Shown: positions 51,391 through 63,334 of the stretch, in pieces
Position numbering within the stretch: the stretch's first letter is position 1
Layout of the letters: the number at the start of each line of letters is the position of its first letter
Assembly: GCA_040954595.2 (NCBI GenBank)
Contig: CM082597.2
Coordinates: 9,827,778-9,891,777, forward strand
Length of the DNA stretch: 64,000 bases
From: Balanoglossus misakiensis
Taxonomy: Eukaryota > Animalia > Hemichordata
Direction of reading: 5' to 3'
Notes under the pieces: model-generated
The model's database searches: none
Seen by the model: only the letters and a program-made list of their open reading frames with translations
Told to the model about the DNA's origin: nothing
Translations under genes and position numbers: made by a program

Positions 51391-51618
51391 ATGAAAATGT
51401 CTACCCCCGTAACGCTGTCCGGACTGCCAGGAGTGGCGGGATTCGACAGTGAAGGCGAACCAGAGGCTCTTCTGCAAAGTTGGGAGCGTTGGCTTCAGGA
51501 ATTTGAACTGTTCGTAGCAGCTTCTGGTGTTTCAAATAATGCGCAGTCGAAGCGTACGTGCCTTACTTTTACACATGGCTGGAGCGGGCATCAGAGACAT
51601 TGTTAGCACTAAATCTGA
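51391..51618 (+). pseudogene. Gypsy gag N-terminal remnant
   Basis: SWERWLQEFELFVAASGV, then frameshifted LLLHMAGAGIRDIV. Confidence 0.8.
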
Positions 51619-52500
51619 GGTAGAGTTGACTTTTCAGAGCCCTCTGACTCTGAGGGCTCTCGAGTCAGAGCCCCTCAGAGCCCTCTGAAGTTTCAGAACC
51701 TCAGAACGAGCTTTAGATGGGGAAAAATGAAAACTTTTCAAAGCATGTCATAAACCCTTTAATTTGGAAACTTACTTTAAAAAATCATACGCCACCGTCT
51801 TGATGACTGGCCCTTATTTTAATAATGGTATCGCCAAGACCGGCCAACCTTTGACCTCGAGGACCACAATGTGGAGCTTTCGATCAGCTTTTCGCGTTTC
51901 AATCAAACATTAAAATCACGGGCTAAAATCACTGACTAGTTTATACCTTTTTCGGTGTTTCATCTAACCTTTGAAAGGAGTATAATAAAAATGAAATGAC
52001 GGCACGTAATGTGCATTTCTTGTTCACGTGTAGGGACTTATGTGTGCGTAATGATCCAAATGCAAGGGGTTGTGTGAACAGGCCTTAAATAATAAGTTGA
52101 CAAACGGCGCGCGCCATGTGTTAATTTATTATTTAACTATATTATTTGTTGGAAAGACATTATTTAACACAATTATATGTATATAATCATTTATATATAA
52201 ATAATTATGTAAATCACTCATGATATATATATAATACACTTACATTTTTATTATTTATAAATAATTAATTATATATAAATAATTATGTAAATCACTCATG
52301 ATATACATGTATATATATAATAGACTGACACTGACATTGTTTATAAATAATTTATTATATATAAAAAAAGAGCATAAAAAACATTTTATGTATATAATTA
52401 AATCGACTTGAAATTATTTATAAATAAATTGTCAGGACTTAAATGGTTTGCAAATCTATAATGACATACATATAAGTATGTTAAATAACGACTTTTGAAC

Positions 52501-53826
52501 AAATAATATAGCTAAATAATAAGTTAACACATGGCACCCCATAGATCTTTGGCCTGCACGAGTGATGGTGATCTCTGACCATAATATTGATGATGCCCGA
52601 GCCGCAGGCGAGGGTATCATCAATATTATGGTCAGAGATCACCAGCCCGAGGGCAGACCAAAGATCATGATATTGCCCGAGCATGACATGTGTTATTAAT
52701 TTTTATTATACCGAACATTTGACCATACACAGCATAGAGGGTTGCGTCCATTTCGTACGATGCTGGTTGCAGTGAACTAAAATATCTCGCTGTACAGTGT
52801 ACCTACTTCAAACTCAGATAAACCGCGATGTTGGTTGCGACTTTGGTGTATTTACTGTCCGTTTGCGGTAAAATATCGTCCAGTTGAACAGGTGCTAATC
52901 CTGTGTGTCGCTTTGAAGCCATAGATGCGGGTGTTGACTGATCGTGAAGGAAGCCATTGAACGACAGTTTGTTATGCGCAGAAAAGATGCGCAGAACCTA
53001 AAACCTGTTCTCAGCCTGCAATATACTCTCAGCGCGCGCGTATCCCCGGCCCGTAGCCCCTACCTACGGACCACAGACTCTGTCAACCATGTAATATCAC
53101 GTTTTTTTCTATGTCACGTAGTACGGTTTCAGCCAATCAAGAGTACAGAATACAGAGTGAGGTGTAATAATATAAGGTTATTCACAAAATACCGGGATTT
53201 ATGTCCGAGTACATCGTGCAGCGCAGGTATTGTCCGAGACGCTCAGCGTTGAGGACAATACCGAAGCGTACGATGTACGAGGACATAAATCCCGGTATTT
53301 TGTGAATAACCTTATTATTATACACCTTTTCCGGACGTCCTTGATGAACGATAAAGAATAAATAGGCCGCTATCGGACTTTCTCGTTTTCAGACGCCGCC
53401 ATGATGTAGTTTGCATATCGAACGCGCCTTCACCTCGCGCATCAGGTGATGCTAGTGTCGAGCTGCCGATGTCTCGCGCGCGACGTTCTACGCTGCATAC
53501 ATGCAGCGATGAACGCGCTCGCCTGTTCGTTCACACATTCCTTCGACTGAAATTTCATCGAGGATTTTGACTTATTTTGCATCTTGGGCCGCCAATAATT
53601 TTGTTTAATAACGACTGTGTACTTTTTATATAATTTTTTGTGAGAGTAGGGTGCAATATCATCATTGTTTACATCAGACAGCTGTGAGGTCAAAGGTCAA
53701 ATATGCGTCCAATAACCCTGTGGGTTATGGGACTCCGCGTCCTCATTTGAATAATTATTGGACGGTGATACCGCGAATTATTGTATTACGGAACTCCATA
53801 GGTTACAGCAGTAGGTGTATAATAAT
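52501..53826. mobile_element. Two abutting hairpin-ended Crypton/Eulor-like elements (52501-53170, 53171-53826)
   Basis: Long terminal hairpins at 52520-52700 and 53173-53314; the second is colinear with 2748-3319. Confidence 0.72.
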
Positions 53827-55222
53827 ATGACTTATTTGTGCAGGGGTTATTTCTCATTGTGGTAATATTGATCATGCAGATATGATGTGGCTATCATAAC
53901 AAAACTTTCTTCAGAAACTTGTTTTCCTTGCCTAGATTATTTTTTATCAAAAGTGATTTGATTTTTTTCATGTTTACATAATTTATGTATGTAAATTGTG
54001 GGATTATAAGGAACCGTTCAGTATTTACGGCCGGGGGGGGGGGGGGGGGTTGGCAAGTTTGTGTCATGGGTTTTCAAAATCACGCCGACCCCCCCCCCCT
54101 TCACCCAGGACCAAAAAATGATGACCCCCCCCCCCCCCTTTGACAGGCCAAAAAATTTGATGACCCCCCCCCTTGCCGAAAACATTCTCCGTCATGATCC
54201 TATGTACACTGTACGCAATATAGGGAATGAGGGTTCTCACACCTCAATTCTAAATTTCTTAAAGTAATTGAAGTATATAATAGTATATCGTTGCAATAAG
54301 AATGAATTATGAATAAATTAAAATGACAAGTCAATACAATAGTTGGCAGGCGGTAGTTTTTGAAGCAAAGCGGACAAAATATGGCTAGGACTAGGCTAGT
54401 AGGATTGGTAAATCAAGAAAAGTGGCGTGGGAGGGGGTGTCCCCCTCCCACATTAGACAATTTTGTAAAATAAATGGCGCGAAACTGCAATTTTGTGGAC
54501 TCAAAAGCAAAAGTTTTGTGGCAAAAGTGAGTGACCCCCCCTTAAACGTTTTAAAAAAAACGATGAACCCCCCCCCCCTTTTGAACTTCAAAATTTAACT
54601 TCATAATTTGTCTTTCACATGATAACATGCTAAATTATTTTTACCTGTAGGTTCTGAGGTGGACTCACTTGTTAAAGATATCAAAATTGTGACTAAAGAT
54701 CCATTGAGTAAAGACTAATAGGCTTTTGGATGTGCAAAACTGTTGAGGTTGGTACAGGCAACTCATTAAAGTACATTTGTAATATTAAAGTTTGACCCAT
54801 CTTAATTACTAATACTAGTGGACAAAGTACATGTACCTTGATGGGCAACTGATACCCACCATCTGAAGGACTTGTTTTCTGTACAAACAGCTTGGCAAAG
54901 ATGAAAGAACCTCTACTGAAAGTTTTATAACTGTATTTTCACCTCAAAATATACATGTAAGTCTATAATAAGAACATTGGTGATTATGTCATCTTAGTGC
55001 AGTACAATTCTGATGAGTGCATTCTATTGTCATAGTGACAATGAAATATCTGGTATGACATACAGTTGTAGGGAGCCACTTTCACATGTCACTGTTAGTC
55101 TGCATTTTGTCATCATGTGTTACTGGGAGATAAATATGTAATAAATATATCACACCAACTCTCATCTAAATATGTGTATTTCTTTGTTGTTTACATGTGT
55201 ATGTATTTTTTATTTCATGCAG

Positions 55223-57235
55223 GTGGAGGGAAGTGATCCTTTACCAGCATGGACTGGGTTCAACCAGGAAGTGGCTTCAAAGTCAACAAGCCCATCAATA
55301 AGATTGGTTACCTACCAGTGATTGATGCCAGTCCAACTGAAAAGTCCACAGTGAACACAATACTCAGTAGAAGCATTGACTTGGCCAACACGCTCCTTCT
55401 TCCAAATATTGTTCTCACCATGGACTTGGCAATAATATTCAAAAGCACAAGAGATTCGCTGGCAGAATGATGAGTATAGGAATCGGCTTATATTGCGTCT
55501 TGGCGAATTTCATACAGCAATGTCATTCCTTGCAACAATAGGAAAGCGCTTTTATAGAGATGCTGGCCTTGAAGATTTAATGATTGAATCTGGCATTGTT
55601 GCCCAGGGTTCTGTCAACCGTATAATGAATGGGCATGATACTACAACCGAAGTGTTCGCTGCCATAAATTGGTTGCTGAAGCCATGCACCGTCTCCGTTT
55701 CAGTGAATTTCTTGACAGTTTGAATGAAGGTGACCACTTATCAGCTGTATCTACTATTATCCAACTCCGTGAAAGTTATCCCGATAACTTTAATGGTGAG
55801 GTTAACTCTGAAGAAGTGCAACAACTTCAGCTGAAGTACAACGAACACATACAGAAGTGCTGCGAAAGCAATGTAAATTATGCTTTCTGGTGTTCATATC
55901 TAGATATGGTTCAGCTACTGCTTCTCTTCATCAGAGCAACACATGAGGGGGACTGGCAATTACACCTGATTACCATACGACAGATGTTACCGTGGTACTT
56001 TGCCTATGGCCGAGTGAACTATTCACGTTATCTACCTGCAGGAGATGTCACTTCTCCCTCAAACACATGCACCCACATGTTTATGAGCGGTTCTGTGATG
56101 GTAAGTTTGCTGTGCAGCGATCAGACGACCATCCATTTTGTATGACAGCATGTGACCAAATAATCGAACAAACATTTAATCGTCAGTCAAAGACCAAGGG
56201 TGGTCTTGTTGGATTCACCCCAAACAAGGGAGCACTCAGTCGGTGGATTTTGAGCCACCCATCATGCACAGCAATTACCAATGCATGCTACCTCCAAGCT
56301 GATAAGACAGAGAAAGAATCAGGTCATAAAGACCTTACTCAATCAAGGATAGCCAGAGATGAAGCTGATGTGCATGAGGTGATGTCAACATTAATGGCAA
56401 TGGGATCACCATTCAATGCTGAGAATGACAACCACCTGATTCACCTTACTGTTGGTACACTTGCCAGTGAAGACATCAAGATGGATCTTACCGATGCATA
56501 CTCGAAAGGTCAAGAGACGTATCAGAAGTTCGAAAAAGAGCGCCTGTCCGAAGGGGCAAAGGATCTTTTTGACACTCTTAAACTCTTCAAGGGCAAGACA
56601 TTAATGCTGATCTATCCAGAAACTGCCTTTCACTGAAAGAAAACAGAAACCTGCTTGGTAGAATGCTAGTTATTGCCCAGGTACGACATCTTGACCTTTG
56701 TGAAGTTATGAAATATTCACTAAGCCCTGTCCCGGCAATGCTTGCGAATTTCGATGGTACAATGACAAAGACAAACAAAGCTGTCCTTGGTCATCACCTC
56801 AGGTATCTAAATTTCCAGAAGCAGTTGTAGACCTAAGCCTTGAAGGAAGCACTGCCATTCTAGTTGATGCCATGGCTATGATACAAATGCAGTGTAAAGT
56901 ACCTGCTACCTTTGGTGAATTTGCTTCTAGCATATTCTACCAGTTACGTACGATCGCTTCAAAATGTGGTGCCACCAGGATAGACTTTGTTGCTGATCTG
57001 TATAGAGAAGATTCCATCAAGAATGCTGAAAGAGATCGGCGAGCTACAACCGGCAGCTATAAATGAGATCAGAATCACAAGACCCAGTCTGAATATGCCA
57101 AGGCAGTTGAAAAAGTTTCTTGCCTCTGGCAAGAATAAGGAATTTCTATTTGAGTCATGGAAGGTATATGAACCAGACTGCCTCCAGGGACTGGGTATTA
57201 CCATGTATGTCACTGTGGGTGAGGCAATGCCATAT
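55223..57235 (+). pseudogene. Decayed Academ (AcademX-type) transposase with XPG/PIN-like nuclease region
   Basis: PAWTGFN, IGYLPVIDASPT, RLGEFH, YNRSVRCHKL, NYSRYL, DQIIEQTFNR..KTKGG, then ILVDAMA...RIDFVAD.Y..SIK..ER.RR; several frameshifts; acceptor tttcatgcag at 55222. Confidence 0.75.
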
Positions 57236-58152
57236 TAGTTTCAATCTGTAGATGGAGTGATGATTGGGAAGTCAACGCGCCCTGCGCCATAGTCGCATTG
57301 AACTGAAAAGTGACGCATTGAAATTTGTTACTTTGCGCCCGAAGTGCGCATTGAAATTTGAGTCCGAAATACTTAGGAAAACAATTTTTGTTTAGCATCC
57401 TCGCCTATGAGGCCATCAAGGCGTCCTATAAATAGCCTCATTTTATGGTGCCCATAGTAACACGTACAAATTGCAACAAGTAACGCAGCTCAGCGTACCG
57501 ATCGCAACAAGTTATCTAAACTTGACGAAAGATGTAGCAACTTTTGTTGGAGGTCATGCCATGCGTTCGAACGCGTCTGCAAAATACTTGTACACAGGAT
57601 AGCAGACGGCAGACACCTGTGATGTCGATTTTGAGAGGCCATTATCTTCTACTGTACCTCAGTGTTGGCATCTGGGACATCCAAAAGCATTAAATGAAAG
57701 ACAGTCCACCTGAACATACTCATGATGAGCTAGCTGGAGACACTTGTAGTTTGAAGCTTAATTGCAAGTTTAGAAAATGGCGGCAAAATGACTTTGGCCA
57801 ATTACTAGCTTTGTTTCACATCACCTGATATCAATTAGGGTCAACCAAAGTTGGAGATCATAAAAAGGTCAATTCTTGTGTCCCTGCTGCATAGATTTGT
57901 ACTTTGAGAATTACTCTTGCATCATTTCTTCATAGAGAAAAGCCTTGCATCTTTGCGGCTACTTTGCGGCAAGCTCTTGTGTTCTTATTGCAAGGATTAC
58001 CACCTCTACTGTAGAGCCATATTTAGTTGCGACCTGCCGCATTGCCTCTGCTGCAGAGACTCTCTGCGAGAACACCACGGCGTGTCTGCAAGAGCACCAC
58101 AATGCCTTCACAGCAGAACTGCTGCAGAGCTGCTGCAGGCTGCTGCTTTGTT

Positions 58153-59293
58153 GGCTAGTTATACTTTGCGAAACAGCGAAACGACGAAACCATTATTAAA
58201 ATAGGGGCCAGTCATCAAGACGGTGGCGTATGATTTTTTTAAAAGTTTCCAAATTAAAACGTAAGCGAACCAAGAAAACTACAGGTCAGATAAATTGTTT
58301 TCTCGGAAATTCAACATTAGAATCAAATTTGGCGTTGGAAACAAACGGCGGGTCGCCAGTTCCTGGTCTGCGGCCTGGTACTATGTAGTGGTAGAGTCGA
58401 CGTCTTGTGCGCGCAAACGATTCATGCCAAATTATAACACACCATGCAGCGAACCCTCGATCGTGATTCGTCAATACGACGTCACGTGACCTTAGTCATT
58501 TCGAACTGTTGCCCAGGGCATCAGTTCGATCGGTTTGGTGTGTTATAAAACACATGATGACTGACATATTCGGGCAACAGTGTATTTTTAATGACCTCGG
58601 GACTGCCAGTCACACCAAAACAAGACTGTTTTAGTTGTGACTAGCAGCACCCTCGGTCATCAAAATACACTGTTGCCCTCATTGTCAGTCATCATGTGTA
58701 TACTGCTACATATACACAGTGAATATACGCGCGCGCACAACGAAACCACAAAAGATCGAAACCTCAAAATGCGGCAGCAACTGTCACTATTTCCTTAAAT
58801 ACCACAAGGCGGGGAGGCATGAATTGCAATTAAGATAATAAAGAAATTTCGACAATGATACTGTGTTGTGTGAGTTACATGTGTTTCTATATATAACTAC
58901 TACTCTTACCCCCCATCAGTGTTTGACCCTCGAAAGCTTACGGACACTACTGCTTTGTTTCAACTAATCCTTAGCCCTGTGAATATACTCGTACATTGAC
59001 CTTTTGGGGCGGGATTCTTTTTTGGCGCGCAACCACTAGTACCAGGCCGCAGACAAGCATCGTCGCAAACCACGGCCCTTTTACGGCAGCGCTCTGCTCC
59101 CCGCAAAAAGGGATTTCGATAGTGAAACGAAAGAAATACGTAGTCTGGTGGGGCGAGAATGCAGACCAGGAACTTATTTGGAAACTTTTAAAAAAATCAT
59201 ACGCCACCACCGTCTTGATGACTGGCCCCTATTTTAATAATGGTTTCGTCGTTTCGTTTCGCTGTTTCGTTGTTTCGCAAAGTATAACTAGCC
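58153..59293. mobile_element. Long-TIR non-autonomous DNA element
   Basis: About 100-bp TIRs starting GGCTAGTTATACTTTGCGAAAC; no TSD recovered; subterminal block repeated at 51761-51830. Confidence 0.8.
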
Positions 59294-59560
59294 GCATTTT
59301 TGTAAGGGGAGACATGCCACTTCCTCAGATATCAGGGAAGGTGATACTGTTTTGCTCCAGCAAGCATTTAGGCAAAACAAACTCACTCCCAATTTCGAGA
59401 CAGAACCATACAAAGTCATCCAGAAAGATGGAGGTGCGTTTATAGTATTGGAAAACTCCAAAGGTGTGAAAAGATGGTCCACTGGACATGTAAAGAAATA
59501 TGTTGAGGAATGTCCAGAATTTTCCTTCCAAGACACTGAATGGAACTCCAAAGATTTGAC
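59294..59560 (+). pseudogene. Gypsy integrase C-terminal remnant
   Basis: DIREGDTVLLQQAFRQNKLTPNFETEPYKVI...HVKKY (GPY/F-type SH3-like tail). Confidence 0.8.
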
Positions 59561-61109
59561 ATTTGAACATCCTCAAAGTCCCCAAAGTGTTCAAAATGGT
59601 GTTCCATCCTGTGATTCCTATATCCGAGACCTGTCTACACAAGTTTGTGTCATCGGTTCTCAAAATCAGGCCGACCCCCCCTTCACCCAGGACCAAAAAA
59701 TGATGACCCCCCCCCCCTTTGACAGACCCAAAAATATGATGACCCCCCCCCCCCCCCACGCCCAAAACATTCACCGTCCTGATCCTATGTACACTGTATG
59801 CAATAAAGGGAATGAGGCTCCTCACACCTCAATTATATATTTCTTAAAGTATTATTGAAGTATATAATATTAGTATATCGTTGCAATAAAGAAATCTATG
59901 AACAAATAAAAATGACAAGTCAATGCAATAGTTGCTAGAATCGGTAAAACAAGAAAAGTGCCGGGGAATTTTTTTAAAAATACGGTGCTCAAAGTTGCAA
60001 TTTAATTAACTCATAAGCAAATTAACTCAATGTTAGGTAGGACAAATTTTAATTTTGCCACTCCACTAAGTAAGCATCGGGGGTGGGGCGGTAAGAAGTC
60101 TTCCCTGGTAAACTAGACATACCAGTGAAGAAATACAATGTGGCGAAGAATGGAGGGGGTGGGTGTGGGAGGGGGTGTCCCCCTCCCACATTAGAAAATT
60201 TTGTAAAATAAAGGGCGCGAAACTGCAATTTTGTGGACTCAAAAGCAAAAGTTCGGTGGCAAAAGTATGTGACCTCCCCCCCTAAACGTTTAAAAAAAAC
60301 AGATGACCCCCCCCTTGTGGACTTCAAAATTTAAGTGACCCCCCCCTGGATTTTGCCGCCCCCCCCCTCCCGGCCGTAAAAACTGAACGGTCCCTAAGTT
60401 GAGGAGATGTATAAACTTGGAAGTTTTTATGCAAAATTGAGGAGATGTGATAGTATCGTCATGGTCACGTGATTGTCACATGGTCTGTATACATGATTTC
60501 CTGTAACAGTTAGTTCCCGTGTGGATGTCACTCAATAAACATCACTCCGTCGTTGTCGACTGTCAATAACCCCTCCCCGGACATCACAACAACTACTTAT
60601 GGAGGAAAAAAGCTTGCTTCCAAGAGCTGCTTGCCATCCTGATCATGTGCACACTGTATACAAGGTTTCAGTTCGGGAACGTTTAGGAAAAAGAGTTGAA
60701 AAATGAAGTTTAGAGAATAGAAGGAAGGCAAAGAAATGCTGAAAAGATAGATTCCGGGAAGGAGTTATTGCTCTCCTTAGAAGAACATCTCCAGAAATTG
60801 CCAGGAAATGCTTTTCATCAAGCATTGAAGAACCGCAGATGCAGATCTCTGAAATTGATGACATATCAGGTACTTTAACAAAAAAAAAAAAAAAAAATCA
60901 GATATTTACATCATCTGCTTGAAACTGGAGTATATACTGGACAGGTAAATGAGAAATTATTTAGAATTTATGAAGAACATGAAATTATTTACAAATATAC
61001 CAGGGAATGGGTTGATGATAAAAATGATGACAATATTTTTTATAATGGTGATGGTGATGCTGGAGAGAGATGATTATGACAATGATGATGTTTGATGATA
61101 AGGATTCAC

Positions 61110-61526
61110 AGTAACATAACAACACTGGAACAGAGAAGTACCAGGGGAGACATAGCCCGGAGACCAGGGCGTCGATCTAGAATACAACTTTTCCCCTACG
61201 CCCTGGTCTCCGGGCTAGGGGAGACATGCTGCAACTTGCAAGTGTTCAAGATTTTAAATGGATATGACTGCTGCAATGCATCTTTTCAACTATCATCAAG
61301 TAGTACACGTGGACACAACTATAAACTGCTGAAACCAACTGTCAGACTAAATACACGGAAATATTTCTTCTCATCAAGAGTAGTGAATACATGGAACAGT
61401 TTGCCAGCCAATATTGTAAATGCACAGTCAAAAATCAGTACGACGCTCTGCCAACACTTGAGAACTAAGGGATTTTCATTATCCTCTGGATACCTTATCC
61501 CTCAACTATACTGAACTGAACTGAAC
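61110..61526 (+). mobile_element. CR1 LINE 3' fragment
   Basis: TLEQR..RGD, VFKILNG, TRGHNYKL, FFSSRVVNTWNSLP; (CTGAA)n tail. Confidence 0.85.
61153..61217. mobile_element. 65-bp miniature TAG...CTA element (AcademH-like)
   Basis: 20-bp perfect TIR TAGCCCGGAGACCAGGGCGT; 9-bp TSD GGGGAGACA. Confidence 0.85.
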
Positions 61527-61674
61527 AGAAGCCCACCAACAACATTGTTACTAGCCGGGTAACGGGTATGGATCAGGCCCAGCTGTTTCATTGACCCTCT
61601 AGCTATTCTTATTTTGTCAGTGTAGTTTTTTATTGCCTGGGTGGTATTGCAAGTAATGCGCAGGTCCGAAAAAA

Positions 61675-61809
61675 ACGAACCAATCATATTTCGCCACATT
61701 CGCCGGTATTGTCACTTCCGGGTTTCAGTAAAAACACGTTGCTTTGTCGTTGTTAATATAAACGTAAGCGGTAAGGCAAGGATTACTTGACTTGTGTATG
61801 AAGGTAAGT
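61675..61809 (+). promoter_or_regulatory. Probable promoter and first exon of a downstream gene
   Basis: CCAAT box (aaccaatca, about 61678), ETS site cacttccgg (about 61713), local CpG enrichment, consensus donor ATGAAG|GTAAGT at 61803/61804. Confidence 0.5.
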
Positions 61810-62628
61810 TACTTGTTTAATTTTTCCGAATCAAACATAACTCGGCTGGTATCTAAATGGCTGGTCTTGATTGTCGTGTGTAATCTGCCTGATCGCCAGC
61901 GTTGGTTGCCACGGTAATATTTTCATGTGGCCTGTGTGCCAGAGATGATCAGCTGTTAGAACCGTTTGCAACAGTATACTTGCATCCCCATTTTAATACA
62001 TCGCGACATGACCCACGATCACAGTATCTATGTAAGGCTAGTCTATTATCTAGACGTATTTTGTCCGATACTAGACTACCCCTACATAGATACTGTGATC
62101 GTCGGTCATGCTAGCTCTGCGTACAGGTCTGTGTTCCCGGCGTTACAATGTACACGGAGGCCGTGTAACGCCGGGAACACACAGACCTGTACGCAGGGTT
62201 AGGGTCATGCCTGGACTCTCTCACAGCCCACGGTTCGCTACAGGGTTCTTTACATGTTGTACACTGACATGTGTAGCAATCAGACCATAAGCCTGCATAG
62301 GGAGCGGCTGTGAGAGAGTCTATGGTCACGTCGCCATGTATCTTTGTCAAAACTAGTTTTGGAAGCATGGATAATACGGATAGATACTAGACTAAATGCA
62401 CAGGTCGCCCCGCAGTATTTATTTTTCTAAGCGGGTCAACTACGGTGCAACCTGTGGACTAATGCAGGGCATAATTTCGAGGATTATAACCTAAAACCCG
62501 GTGCTGTTTTATTCATTATTGCATCAATCAACACATTATCCCACTAAGTGCAATTTATTAACAGCTTGTGAAAATGTACCAACCATTATTTTGTCCAAAA
62601 TAATTTTATCAATGACAAATTGAATTAA

Positions 62629-63334
62629 GGTGGCATTGTATGAAACCGTCGAGACGTTTTCAGATGCCTATTTCTCATCAAAGACAACATTAAAACCGCT
62701 ATAAACCTATATATTCTGGAAGCTGAGTTTTTGAACTTTTGTTTGAAGTGCATATATTATTGATTCCCAGAAATGGTGGCGTTTTGGGGTTAAAAAAAAA
62801 TATTTTTTGATACATGTTTTATGTCATTCAATTTAATTTAGGTAAAAAAGTTGACCATGATGCATCATGCATCTTTATATGTCATTCGAAACTAGAGTAC
62901 ATGTGCAATAAAACCAAAATTTTGTTTTGAGTTATCTGCTTCCATTGAGGAGTAATAGCGTTTGAAATTTAGATTTAGATTTGTTTTAGTCGATTAAGTG
63001 TCCCGCCTCAATGGAAGCAGATAACTCAAAACAAATTTTGTTTTGTTAGATGGGTCATACGAAATCCCCTGTTAAAATTTGAGCAAATTCTGCCAACGCA
63101 GAGCAAAGCTAAATTCTGATGAAGTTGTCAAAAGCAGCGAAATTGCAAACTGAGAAAAACGGCCATTTGCATTGTTGACACCTATGGACTCATTCAGAAA
63201 AGTGCTATTTTTGGGTGATTATGCACCATTTCCGCCAAGATGCATTTGTCAGAATGTGGATCAGTATTAGACCTACCGATTTATGTAAAAAAGTAAAATT
63301 TAGCAAAAATCACAACTTTTCATGCAACGCAACC
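62629..63334. mobile_element. Kolobok-type element, deleted inverted copy of 41024-42067
   Basis: TTAA TSD; TIR GGTGGCATTGTATGAAA / TTTCATGCAACGCAACC; shared internal sequence. Confidence 0.85.

Larger units (their letters stand above)
51137..60588 (+). mobile_element. Gypsy LTR retrotransposon, internally deleted and refilled
   Basis: LTRs 51137-51290 and 60446-60588 (TG...CA), TSD ACAAC, PBS TGGCGACGAGG at 51295, purine tract gaggaga before the 3' LTR. Confidence 0.93.

Noticed and set aside
52150-52450. Extremely AT-rich tract with internal duplication
   Set aside because: Low-complexity sequence with no evidence of function.
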